Assembly (NCBI RefSeq): GCF_965229775.1 | Contig: NZ_OZ245929.1 | Span: 5,094,430 to 5,158,429, forward strand | Source: Roseibium sp. | Lineage (GTDB): Bacteria > Pseudomonadota > Alphaproteobacteria > Rhizobiales > Stappiaceae | Length of the DNA: 64,000 nt | Direction: 5' to 3' | Shown: positions 38,741-47,606 of the stretch, in pieces | Position numbering within the stretch: position 1 is the stretch's first letter | Layout of the letters: every line of letters starts with the position of its first letter | Made by a program: the position numbers and the translations under genes | Notes under the pieces: model-generated | What the model was told of the DNA's origin: nothing | What the model saw: only the letters and a program-made list of their open reading frames with translations | The model's database searches: none

Positions 38741-39008
38741 TAGGGTACGGACTCATAAATGAAGTCAATTTGGTTTGGATCGTTTTGACCAACTGCGAGG
38801 AACGAAAGCGCAGGAAATGTGGTTCATTTTCAAGCCTTTCGCGACGCGGCAGATGGCCAAAACGGCCAAATCCGAAGGACGGCAAAATGGCTTTACCTCG
38901 CAGCGTCACCGCGCTTGACCGGGCATAAAGCCCGCTCTGCGCACGCTTCCTCGCGAGATTTTGCCATTTCTGCCGCCAAATCGGCTTCATTTATGGGTAC
39001 GTACCCTA
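38741..39008. mobile_element. MITE, copy 1 (268 bp including flanking TA)
   Basis: Imperfect ~31-bp terminal inverted repeats TAGGGTACGGACTCATAAATGAAGTCAATTT / rc TAGGGTACGTACCCATAAATGAAGCCGATTT; 244/268 identical to 59173-59440; no transposase. Confidence 0.9.
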
Positions 39009-40184
39009 GAGGCGCTCGACGAGGACCGCGATCCCCTGCCCGCCGCCGATGCACATGGTCGCCGCCCCGAGCGTCTTGCCCGTCCGGCCAAGTTCATAGA
39101 CAAGCTTGGTCATCAGGATTGCCCCTGTCGCGCCGATCGGGTGCCCAAGGGCAACAGCGCCGCCGTTCGGGTTCACTTTTTCGGACGGAAGCCCAAGGAG
39201 GTCATTGACCGCACAGGCCTGCGCCGCAAAGGCCTCATTCGATTCAACCACGTCCAGGTCATCGGCGCTCACACCGGCGCGTTTCATCGCAATCTGCATC
39301 GCGGGCACCGGGCCGATGCCCATCACCGCGGGATCGACACCGGCAACACCATAGGAGCGGATCCGTGCAAGCGGCTTCAGCCCCAGTTCGGAGGCCTTGT
39401 CGGCCGATGCAAGGATGATCGCAGCCGCCCCGTCATTCAGACCGGACGCATTGCCGGCGGTGACCATCCCGTCCTTCTTGAAAACGGCACGCAAGCCGGA
39501 CATGTCCTCCAGCTTGGCATCGTGCCTGACGTGTTCATCCGTATCGAAGACACGCTCCTTGCCGCGACGTCCGACGGTGAGCGGAACGATCTGGTCCTTG
39601 AAATGACCGTCCTGAATGGCCGCGCTGGCGCGGCGATGGCTCTCAACCGCGAATTCATCCTGCCGTTCACGGGGTATCTCATAGCGCTCGGCGACGTTTT
39701 CCGCCGTGACACCCATATGGCCTATGCCGAACGGGTCATGCAGCGCACCGATCATCATGTCGACGATCCCGGTGTCGCCCATCTTCTGCCCCCAGCGTGC
39801 GCCCGGCAGCTGGTAGCCGGCCCGGCTCATGTTTTCCGCCCCGCCCACGAGCGCGGTCTCGCCGTCGCCCATGGAAATCGCCTGTACGGCGGAGACCACG
39901 GCCTGCAGCCCGCTGCCGCAGAGCCTGTTCATCGTCAGAGCGGGCGCGTGATCCGGGACCCCTGCCTGGCGCGCCGCAACCCGGGACAGGTACATGTCAC
40001 GCGGCTCGGTGTGGATCACGTTGCCGAAAAACGCCTGCTCGATCTGATCCGCCTGAATACCGGCCCGTTCGATCGCAGTCGCTGCGACGCGCGTCGCAAG
40101 ATCGCAGGGCGGCGTGTCCTTGAGTGCTCCGCCGAAACTGCCGACGGCCGTGCGCGCAGCGCTTGCAATCACGATCTCTTTCAT
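39006..40184 (-). CDS. bktB: Acetyl-CoA C-acyltransferase (beta-ketothiolase, BktB-like)
   Basis: NRLCGSG, NEAFA, GHPIGATG, CIGGGQG; GNVIHTEPRDMYL resembles BktB. Confidence 0.85.
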   Translation of the reverse strand: MKEIVIASAARTAVGSFGGALKDTPPCDLATRVAATAIERAGIQADQIEQAFFGNVIHTEPRDMYLSRVAARQAGVPDHAPALTMNRLCGSGLQAVVSAVQAISMGDGETALVGGAENMSRAGYQLPGARWGQKMGDTGIVDMMIGALHDPFGIGHMGVTAENVAERYEIPRERQDEFAVESHRRASAAIQDGHFKDQIVPLTVGRRGKERVFDTDEHVRHDAKLEDMSGLRAVFKKDGMVTAGNASGLNDGAAAIILASADKASELGLKPLARIRSYGVAGVDPAVMGIGPVPAMQIAMKRAGVSADDLDVVESNEAFAAQACAVNDLLGLPSEKVNPNGGAVALGHPIGATGAILMTKLVYELGRTGKTLGAATMCIGGGQGIAVLVERL

Positions 40185-40323
40185 GGGTCATATCCTCCGC
40201 GTCGGGACCGGACAGCGCACTCCAGGGCATGGCCGGCTTCAGGTCTGGTTTCATCTGGCAGATTGCCGCGAACGCAACAGCGAAGCAATTCCGCCAAAAG
40301 GTCACTTCAAGCCGCAGCGCCAC

Positions 40324-41313
40324 TCACATCTTGAGCAGAACGGACCCGGACCGGTTTCCACCCGCAATCATGTCATGCGCCGCTGCGCAGTCTTCGAGCG
40401 GCAAGACGTCGGAAATCTGAAAGTTGAGCGCGTTGCGATTGAGCAGATCCGAGAGGTTGGCAACCGTTGTTTCGCGTTCGGAGGCGGACAGGATGTAGAC
40501 CAGAACCAGATCGATGGTCACCGCCTTGAACATCAACGGATAAAACGGCAAGACCGGCGTCATGTCCTTCGCCGACCCGAAGGCCGCAATGGTGCCGCGT
40601 TCGGAAATGATCTTCGTATTGGTCTCGGCGTTCTTGCCGAACTCCACCTCGACGATCCGGTCTATGGTCCGGCCATCCGTCGCTTCGAGAATGCGCTCTG
40701 CCAGATGGTCATCCGTGTAGTCGAACACCTCTTCGGCTCCGGCATTCTTAACGGCCGCCATCGCCTCGTCTCCGCGCGCGGTTGACAGCACACGCGCACC
40801 GGAGGCCGCAGCGACCTGGATGGCCAGGCGACCGACGGTTCCCGCACCGCCGCTGACAAGGACCGTCTGTCCCGCGACGGGCCCGCCGCCCAGGACGGCG
40901 TGGCAGGCCGTGAGACCGGGAATGCCGAGAACGGCGCCCTCCTCGAAGGAAACGTGATCGGGCAGCGTCACCGCTTGCTCCGCAGGCAACGAGATGTAGT
41001 CCGCCGCCGTACCGAAGGCTCTCTGCCATTGGCCGTTCCAGATCCAGACGCGTTCCCCGACGCGGCCTGACGGCACTCCCTCGCCGACGGACTCGATCAC
41101 ACCGGCACCGTCGCTGTGTGGAATGATTTTCGGGAATGGCGGTTCCGTCACGCCGGGGCGTCCGCCGGCCCTTGCGCGTATATCCGACGGATTGACCCCG
41201 GACATGTGCAGCCGGACCAGAACTTCGCCGGGCGCCGGAGCCGGAACCGGCACATCTTCAAGGGTCAGAACGTCCGCTGCCGGTCCGAACCGGTCATATG
41301 TGATCGCGCGCAT
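40324..41313 (-). CDS. NADPH:quinone oxidoreductase (Zn-independent MDR)
   Basis: SGVNPSD, PHSDGAGV, VSGGAGTVG. Confidence 0.9.
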   Translation of the reverse strand: MRAITYDRFGPAADVLTLEDVPVPAPAPGEVLVRLHMSGVNPSDIRARAGGRPGVTEPPFPKIIPHSDGAGVIESVGEGVPSGRVGERVWIWNGQWQRAFGTAADYISLPAEQAVTLPDHVSFEEGAVLGIPGLTACHAVLGGGPVAGQTVLVSGGAGTVGRLAIQVAAASGARVLSTARGDEAMAAVKNAGAEEVFDYTDDHLAERILEATDGRTIDRIVEVEFGKNAETNTKIISERGTIAAFGSAKDMTPVLPFYPLMFKAVTIDLVLVYILSASERETTVANLSDLLNRNALNFQISDVLPLEDCAAAHDMIAGGNRSGSVLLKM

Positions 41314-41422
41314 AATTTGTCTCCCGGACAGGCAAGATTCTCTTCTGAATCATTTGTGCGATGCCGGAACCTGATCGGGCAAGACAAAAGACAAACACGC
41401 ATAACGCACACCAAAACAGAAA

Positions 41423-41453
41423 AGCAGGCTCACCGGTATCCGGTGAACCTGCT
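41423..41453 (-). terminator. Rho-independent terminator after the fasciclin gene
   Basis: AGCAGG-C-TCACCGG-TAT-CCGGTGA-A-CCTGCT, with an A-rich run upstream on + (U-tract on -). Confidence 0.65.
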
Positions 41454-41506
41454 CGGGGATCTCGAGGGATCAGGATCCCTGAAGCCTTATCCGGCCATGC
41501 TCGGCC

Positions 41507-42016
41507 TTAATGGCAATCGGGACGCTGACCCGGCAGCAGTACCTTGTCGATCACGTGGATCACGCCGTTATCCGCCTTGATGTCGGCAATGATCACGTTG
41601 GCGCTCGACCCGGTGCCGTCGGCAATGTCGACGCCGCTGTTGGAGCGCGTGATGCAGGTGCGCTCGCTGGTCAGGAGCGGCTTGAAGTAGTTCGAACCGA
41701 CCGGGATCTTGTTGGATGTCAGTTCACGGTCATCGACATGATACAGGAGAACGTTGGTGAGCTGGTCCTTGTTTTCCGGCTTCAGCAGCGTCTCGACGGT
41801 ACCTTCCGGAAGTGCCGCAAACGCGTCATTGACCGGAGCGAATACGGTGAAAGGCCCCGGTCCCTGCAGTGCGTCAGCCAAACCTGCAGCTTGTACTGCA
41901 GCAACCAAAGTACTGAAACGCTCATCACCTGCAGCGATATCTACGATTGTATTTGCGTTTGCCTGACCGGCAAAAAGACACACTGCTCCCGCAAGGGCCA
42001 TAAGGCTCTTTTTCAT
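41507..42016 (-). CDS. Fasciclin (FAS1) domain protein
   Basis: Signal peptide; FSTLVAAVQAAGL, TVFAPVNDAF, NGVIHVIDKVL. Confidence 0.92.
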   Translation of the reverse strand: MKKSLMALAGAVCLFAGQANANTIVDIAAGDERFSTLVAAVQAAGLADALQGPGPFTVFAPVNDAFAALPEGTVETLLKPENKDQLTNVLLYHVDDRELTSNKIPVGSNYFKPLLTSERTCITRSNSGVDIADGTGSSANVIIADIKADNGVIHVIDKVLLPGQRPDCH

Positions 42017-42214
42017 GACAACTACTCCTGGTGTCGATTGAATTACAGGGACACTACGCCGCATTGACTGGAGCAGATCTTCTGGATTTGGAAAAAATCG
42101 ATATTTATTATTGCCGCAGGGCGCAGTTTGAAGCGAACCGGCCGGTTTGGCAGCACCGCAAGCAACGCCCTCTCCAAGGACAAGATCAATCCCCGGACCT
42201 TTTTTCATCCTTAC

Positions 42215-42877
42215 TCACCAGGCAATTTGCTTGCGGTCGCGGAAGAAGCCGCCCGTCGGTCCGTCCGCATCGAGCGTTGCCAGCCAGATGGCCGTATCGG
42301 CCCCCTCTTCCGGCGATCTCGACGCCGACGCCCCACCCATGCGCGTGCGCACCCAGCCGGGACACATCGCGTTCACCTTGACGCTGTTCGGCAAGGTTCT
42401 GGCCGAGGCAACTGTCAGGGCATTGAGGGCCGCCTTGGCGACACCGTAAGCGGCGGGGCCCGAAACACCGTCGGAAAAAGCGCCCCAACCGGACGACACG
42501 TTGACAATCCTGCCGTAGCGATTGCGCACCATCGCGGGTGTGCACAGATGCATCAGCAAGTACGGACCGTGCACCATGACGGACATGGATCGTTCGAAGT
42601 CCTCCGGATCATCAAGCAGCCGCCCCGCCCCCAGAACGCCGGCATTGTTGACGAGTATGTCGACCGGTCCGATCTCCTCGGCAGCGCGTTTGATGCTGTC
42701 AGCATCGGCGACGTCCAGCGCGACCGCGTCCGCATCAAGATCGCGCGCGACTTCAACCACCGCGGCCATATCGCGCACGCCCATATAGACATGACAGCCC
42801 CTTGCAGCCAGATCCCTTGCGATCGCCAGCCCGATGCCGCGGTTGGCACCGGTAACGAGTGCGCGCCTTCTCGTCAT
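42215..42877 (-). CDS. Short-chain dehydrogenase/reductase
   Basis: TGANRGIG, NNAG, YGVAK, CPGWVRTRMG. Confidence 0.92.
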   Translation of the reverse strand: MTRRRALVTGANRGIGLAIARDLAARGCHVYMGVRDMAAVVEVARDLDADAVALDVADADSIKRAAEEIGPVDILVNNAGVLGAGRLLDDPEDFERSMSVMVHGPYLLMHLCTPAMVRNRYGRIVNVSSGWGAFSDGVSGPAAYGVAKAALNALTVASARTLPNSVKVNAMCPGWVRTRMGGASASRSPEEGADTAIWLATLDADGPTGGFFRDRKQIAW

Positions 42878-43368
42878 TGCGCCAATCTTTCCGGCACGGG
42901 TGCCAGCTTGTACTGGGACCAGAAAAACGTGTTTGCCGCGTCCTGGTCGGCGCTCAGATTTGTGGCTTCGACAATCTTGCCGTTTTCAATCCGGTAAACC
43001 AGCGCCCAGGTGGTATCGACATTCGGCTTGCCGTCTGCGTTGGACCAGCCCCGGTGAATGTCGACAACGTGCGTTTCGTCTGCACCGAAATAGATGGGTT
43101 CCGCCTTGAAGCCGGCAACGCCAAGTTGCCCGAAGAAGGCAAGCACTTCATCGCGGCCGTTTTTCGTTCCCGACAGCGGGTGGCGTCCCGGTATGTGCCA
43201 CTTCACATCCGCGTCCATGACCGCGGCAATACCTTCCAGATCCCCGGCGCCGTAAGCGGCGAAGAAATCCTGAACCACCTTGATGTTATCTTCCGGCGAT
43301 GCCGCCATAACCTGACCTCCGGCAAGAAGCGCCCCAGCGAAAGCGGCGCTTCGAATGACTGTCTTCAT
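42874..43368 (-). CDS. Secreted NTF2/SnoaL-like protein
   Basis: Signal peptide; VQDFFAAYGAGD, WHIPG, IENGKIVE; ATGA overlap with the SDR gene. Confidence 0.85.
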   Translation of the reverse strand: MKTVIRSAAFAGALLAGGQVMAASPEDNIKVVQDFFAAYGAGDLEGIAAVMDADVKWHIPGRHPLSGTKNGRDEVLAFFGQLGVAGFKAEPIYFGADETHVVDIHRGWSNADGKPNVDTTWALVYRIENGKIVEATNLSADQDAANTFFWSQYKLAPVPERLAQ

Positions 43369-43554
43369 CGCTTTTCTCCTTTCGGCCCCGGAATTCGGCC
43401 ACAAACCGGATTCCGTCCTTATCGGTCCGGCGGGAATTCGGTTCAAATCGTGCAGGTGCACAGTCCGACGGGACACGAGACAGACATAGAATACTGTGCA
43501 CCAGATGATAATTGCCCCCGTTTTCATTATATTCCTGTATCAAAACGAACAATC

Positions 43555-43609
43555 GACAAGAGACAAGAGACAAGAGACAAGAGACAAGAGACAAGAGACA
43601 AGAGACAAG
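43555..43609 (+). repeat. Heptanucleotide tandem repeat (GACAAGA)7-GACAAG
   Basis: Perfect repeat read directly; ends 10 nt before the LysR ATG. Confidence 0.95.
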
Positions 43610-43619
43610 GATCAACATC

Positions 43620-44516
43620 ATGCGTCTGCCGCTCGCAACCCTGGAGGTCTTCACGGCGATTGCAAATCACGGTTCACTGCGGAACGCGGCGCGCGCTCTT
43701 GGCCTGAAGCCTTCAACGGTCAGTCATCAGTTGAAGAACCTTGAAGACAGGATCGGGACTGCACTCTTCATCAGGACGACACGCAGCATCAATCTGACAG
43801 AGGCGGGCCGTGCGCTTCTGCGCGGCACGTCACCAGCCTTCGAGCAGATCGCGGAAGCCTTCGAGAGCGCCCGCACCACCGGTCATTCGGCAAGGGGAAG
43901 CTTGAAACTCGCGCTGCCCGAATACGCCTACGATCTCGTTGTCGCAGAGCTTTTGCCGTCATTTCGCAGCGCCTATCCCGAAATACACGTCGAACTCTCT
44001 CTGGCAGACGCGTTCGAAGACATCCTGGATGCCGGCCTGCACGCCGGAATACGGCTCGGCGATTTGATCGCGCAGGATATGGTCGCAATCAGGTTGACTG
44101 AACCGCTGCGGCTTGCGGTCGTTGGATCGCCCGCATATCTCGAAAAGGCGGGAGTGCCCTGTACGCCGGAAGACCTGCTGGCCCATGAATGCATCCGCTA
44201 CAGGTTTCACAGTTCCGGCGCGTTCGCACCTTGGAAGGTCGAGGGGCCGGCCGGGGCGTCGGATGTCGCGGTCACCGGCTCACTTGTCGTGAACTCGCTG
44301 TCCGTCGCCGTGGACGCGGCGCGGCGCGGCGAAGGCCTGATTTACCTCTTGCAGGATTATGTCGCGAAAGATGTTCTCGGCGGCAACCTGGTACCGGTTC
44401 TTCAGGAATTCATGCCCGAGGTACCCGGGTTTTTCCTGTACTTCCCGCGTGCCTATCGCGAGATGGTGCCGCTGAGACTGTTTGTCGACCACATTCGTCA
44501 GCACGGTGGCCAGTAG
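43620..44516 (+). CDS. LysR-family regulator (CrgA/PgrR-like)
   Basis: HTH GSLRNAARALGLKPSTVSHQLKNLE, RTTRSINLTEAG, HECIRYRF. Confidence 0.93.
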   Translation: MRLPLATLEVFTAIANHGSLRNAARALGLKPSTVSHQLKNLEDRIGTALFIRTTRSINLTEAGRALLRGTSPAFEQIAEAFESARTTGHSARGSLKLALPEYAYDLVVAELLPSFRSAYPEIHVELSLADAFEDILDAGLHAGIRLGDLIAQDMVAIRLTEPLRLAVVGSPAYLEKAGVPCTPEDLLAHECIRYRFHSSGAFAPWKVEGPAGASDVAVTGSLVVNSLSVAVDAARRGEGLIYLLQDYVAKDVLGGNLVPVLQEFMPEVPGFFLYFPRAYREMVPLRLFVDHIRQHGGQ

Positions 44517-44570
44517 CAAGCGCGGCTTTCCACTTCCGAAAAACCGCGCCGTTGTCGTTCTCTGTTGCAT

Positions 44571-44957
44571 TCAATTCTTGCAGGGAAAGTCCTGTTTCAT
44601 GGTTTCCATGAGCGCTTCACCGGCCATCATGACCTTGCGCTTGGTAAAGTCGCTGTGCACCCAGCGCATGAACGCCCAGCGCACTTCGTCCGGAATGTTC
44701 TGTTCCGGCAGGCAGATGTCCTTGCCGTCGCCGACGGCACCGGTCACCTCCAGAGCATCGACGAAACCGATAATGTACTGTTCGCACTCGATTTCGGCGG
44801 CTTGCCCCCAACGCGCATCGTTGTCGGCTTCCTGGCACGGAGACAGGAGTTCTTCGGCGGTGTAGTTCGAGTGGATGAGCAGGACGGACCCCGGGGCCGC
44901 TGCTGCGGGTGCAGTCATCAGCGTGGCTGCGATAAGGGAAATTAGGCTGAAACGCAT
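44571..44957 (-). CDS. Secreted Rap1a/Tai-fold protein
   Basis: Signal peptide; TAEELLSPC...ECEQYIIGFVD...ICLP...FPC four-Cys pattern. Confidence 0.7.
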   Translation of the reverse strand: MRFSLISLIAATLMTAPAAAAPGSVLLIHSNYTAEELLSPCQEADNDARWGQAAEIECEQYIIGFVDALEVTGAVGDGKDICLPEQNIPDEVRWAFMRWVHSDFTKRKVMMAGEALMETMKQDFPCKN

Positions 44958-45021
44958 TGGTTCGCTCCAAGGATAAGCCGGACTGTCCCCCGCACGGCCG
45001 CGTGCGGGGGACGTGTGCGCA

Positions 45022-47367
45022 TCATTGCGCGCTCTTCTTGTCGGCAAGGGCATGGACGGCCTGGTCCATGACGTCCTGGTGTTCCTCATTGCTGAGGAAT
45101 GCCGGGCTGTTGACCTTGTTCCACAAGTCCTCGTCCGTCATGTTCTGGTGGCAGCCCATGCACAGGCCCGTGCGCTCCATCTTTTCACGCATGTCCTGCG
45201 GCAGCGGACCGGTCAGCGGCCAGTGGGATCCGACGGTGACAAGCTGCTTGCCGTCCTCCGTCACGATCCGGCTGAGGTCATGATCGAGGCTCGGCACGGC
45301 CTGTGACTGCATCTGCGTCTGGTTCGGGATGATTTCACCCGTCGCCGTTTCCAGATCCACCACGAAGCCCTTGTCATAGCCCTTCATGAACCGGCCGCCC
45401 GAGATGCCATAGCCCAGTGCTTTCGGGTTGTTGTGGCAGCTCTCGCATGTACGCGCTTCACGGCCTGCGGTGTGCGGCTGTACGGCAGCATGATCAAGCC
45501 CCTTCGTGCCACCGGCGTCCGGCGTCATCCAGGTTTCATTGTGCGCTACCGTGTTGCCGTCCTTGTCGATGACCGTCGTGATCACCTGGCAGCCGGGCAT
45601 GAGCGGGCTGACGCGGCCTTCCCCGTTGATGCCGAGAGTCGGCTCTTCCCAACGCAGGTAGGAGCGTGTCTCGGCGACCTTGCCGGGGCTGGTCAGGCCA
45701 TTGGTACCCATGGCGTTGTCGGCGGTCAGCCCGTTCTCGCCGCGCGAGTTGGCATTGTTGATCCAGTCGACATCGGTCTTGCCTTCCGAATAGTCCACCG
45801 TGATGTGGCAGCCGTAGCATTGCGGTGCCCAGTCGGCATGACAGGCATAGCATTCCATGCTTTCCATGTGCTTGCCAACGCTCATCATGGCGACTTCGGC
45901 ATTCGGCGACTTCCAGTTTCCGTCAAGCGCGAGCTGGCGCAGGACCGGCACTTCGAAGTCGAGACCGGAGGCCGAGTGCAGGATGACCTTGTCACCGCGG
46001 CGGATGACGTTGCCGAGCGGGTTGCCGCGCGCGCTGAGCAGGTATCCGTCTTCCGGCTCGTAGACTTCCGCCATGTACTGCTCGGCGGTCACGTCGTCGG
46101 CCAGGCCGCGCGCCGTGTCGCCGATATCGGTGGCGTGTTCTTCCCCGTAGCCAAGCGGCAGTTCCCAGGGAAACTTGGAGACGGTTCCGTGGCAGTCCTC
46201 ACACTCGATTTCCACCTGGGCCAGGGTCGTGCCCGGCAGGTTGCCGTCACCATGCATGTCGATCGAGGTGTGGCAATCCTGGCAGAGCATGCCGCCGGCC
46301 GGGTTGCCGTCGCGCGATTCGATGGAGTGGTGAAGATCGTCTTTGACATAGACGTAGTTCTTGGTATGCAGCTTGGGTTGCTTGCCACCTTTCTCGTTGT
46401 ACGGCGACCCATAGGGGAACTCCATGATGCCCTGGTAGCTCACGCCGATCCGCTTGCCGCGGTTATGGCAGGAGTTGCAGGTCTCCGACGGAATGCCCGA
46501 ATACTCGACCTCGCCGACTTTCACCTTCGACTTGCGCGTCCCCTGCATCTGGTGGGTCAGGAGCTTACCCGGCTGGTCCTTGGCGATCGTCGGGTCACCA
46601 CCCTCGTAGAAACCGTCATTCGAGTAAGGAACGTGGCAGGACGAGCAACCGGCGCCCCGGAAGTCACCCCGCTTCTCACGGCCGGTCACGCCGACATGGC
46701 ACCTCTGGCACTGCTGGCGCGAATAGGTGATACCGGCCAAATTGGGATGCTCGGAAATCGCGTCCACATCCACTTCAGGCACCTGTTCCATGGAACTCGG
46801 CATCTGGTCCGGATGGGCCTCGATGAAGGCGACCATGTAGTCCTTGTAGGCATCGGTGCCGACGGAGGGGACATTGCCGTCCTCGTCGACCAGGTCATAA
46901 TTGCCGTAGACGGAGCGATGCGTATCGATCACGCCCCAGGACCACAGGTTGCCCTGCAGCTTGCCGGCTTCCGTGTTCATGAGAGACTTGGTCAGACGCT
47001 CGGCATAGCCGTCATGGCATTGTCCGCAGGACTTGTCGGCGATCCAGAGAGCACCTGGGTCCGGATAAAACGTGTGCGGCCCCCCGGCATCTGCCAGATC
47101 GGCCGGTGTGCCCTGGTGAGCTTCCGCTGCCGTCAGCCCTTGCGGGTTGCCGCCGTGACAGACCACGCAGCCCGCAGGGTCGCCCAGATCGGGACCCATG
47201 GCTTCGATGCTCTCCATCATCGCACCTGAGGTGAACTTCTCGATCCCTTCATGACAGGACATGCAGCCCTTTTCGGCGGCAACGGCCTGGTCGACCGTTT
47301 CGGGGACCTCTTGTGCTTGGGCCGCTCCGCACAGCAGAAGGCCCAGCGCCAGAATAAATGATCTCAC
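45022..47367 (-). CDS. Multiheme (12 CXXCH) periplasmic cytochrome c, 781 aa
   Basis: GTG start after AAGGAG; signal peptide ending AQA; CMSCH, CVVCH, CGQCH, CQRCH, CSSCH, CNSCH, CQDCH, CEDCH, CYACH, CYGCH, CESCH, CMGCH. Confidence 0.93.
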   Translation of the reverse strand: MRSFILALGLLLCGAAQAQEVPETVDQAVAAEKGCMSCHEGIEKFTSGAMMESIEAMGPDLGDPAGCVVCHGGNPQGLTAAEAHQGTPADLADAGGPHTFYPDPGALWIADKSCGQCHDGYAERLTKSLMNTEAGKLQGNLWSWGVIDTHRSVYGNYDLVDEDGNVPSVGTDAYKDYMVAFIEAHPDQMPSSMEQVPEVDVDAISEHPNLAGITYSRQQCQRCHVGVTGREKRGDFRGAGCSSCHVPYSNDGFYEGGDPTIAKDQPGKLLTHQMQGTRKSKVKVGEVEYSGIPSETCNSCHNRGKRIGVSYQGIMEFPYGSPYNEKGGKQPKLHTKNYVYVKDDLHHSIESRDGNPAGGMLCQDCHTSIDMHGDGNLPGTTLAQVEIECEDCHGTVSKFPWELPLGYGEEHATDIGDTARGLADDVTAEQYMAEVYEPEDGYLLSARGNPLGNVIRRGDKVILHSASGLDFEVPVLRQLALDGNWKSPNAEVAMMSVGKHMESMECYACHADWAPQCYGCHITVDYSEGKTDVDWINNANSRGENGLTADNAMGTNGLTSPGKVAETRSYLRWEEPTLGINGEGRVSPLMPGCQVITTVIDKDGNTVAHNETWMTPDAGGTKGLDHAAVQPHTAGREARTCESCHNNPKALGYGISGGRFMKGYDKGFVVDLETATGEIIPNQTQMQSQAVPSLDHDLSRIVTEDGKQLVTVGSHWPLTGPLPQDMREKMERTGLCMGCHQNMTDEDLWNKVNSPAFLSNEEHQDVMDQAVHALADKKSAQ

Positions 47368-47477
47368 GGACCCGACTCCTTTTGAGCTTAGTCGTAGCCT
47401 TGAGACCGTAGGACGGGTCACGGAAGCGGTTCCCTGACAATTCGCAGGAAAGGTCGATTACGCGTTTAAAGTTTCAA

Positions 47478-47514
47478 TTGCGAATATTCACAATCACGAA
47501 ATGATCTAGGTCAT
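47478..47514. promoter_or_regulatory. Two palindromes in the cytochrome/FNR divergent promoter
   Basis: TTGCGAATATTCACAA (47478-47493) and ATGAT-CTAG-GTCAT (47501-47514, 7/10 to the FNR box TTGAT-N4-ATCAA). Confidence 0.5.
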
Positions 47515-47606
47515 GGCCTGTTTGAACCGGCTTTTCTACGCTTCCCCCCAGCTGAGTGACAGGGGCCGGTGGGAGAGACCGTGCCGCACTCACGAGCGGG
47601 GCGCAT

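Noticed and set aside
43512-43619. Tandem repeat as coding sequence (RQETRDK) that frameshifts LysR, or as a CRISPR array
   Set aside because: LysR homology begins at ATG 43620 with its own SD; a 7-bp unit with no spacers is not CRISPR.
44571-44957. Evidence for a T6SS effector-immunity pair
   Set aside because: No amidase toxin, vgrG, hcp or PAAR gene in the window.
45022-47367. NrfA, MccA/SirA or HAO assignment; lipoprotein
   Set aside because: No CXXCK or CX15CH motif, and the heme count and length do not fit; LLLC is not a lipobox and an AQA signal-peptidase I site follows.
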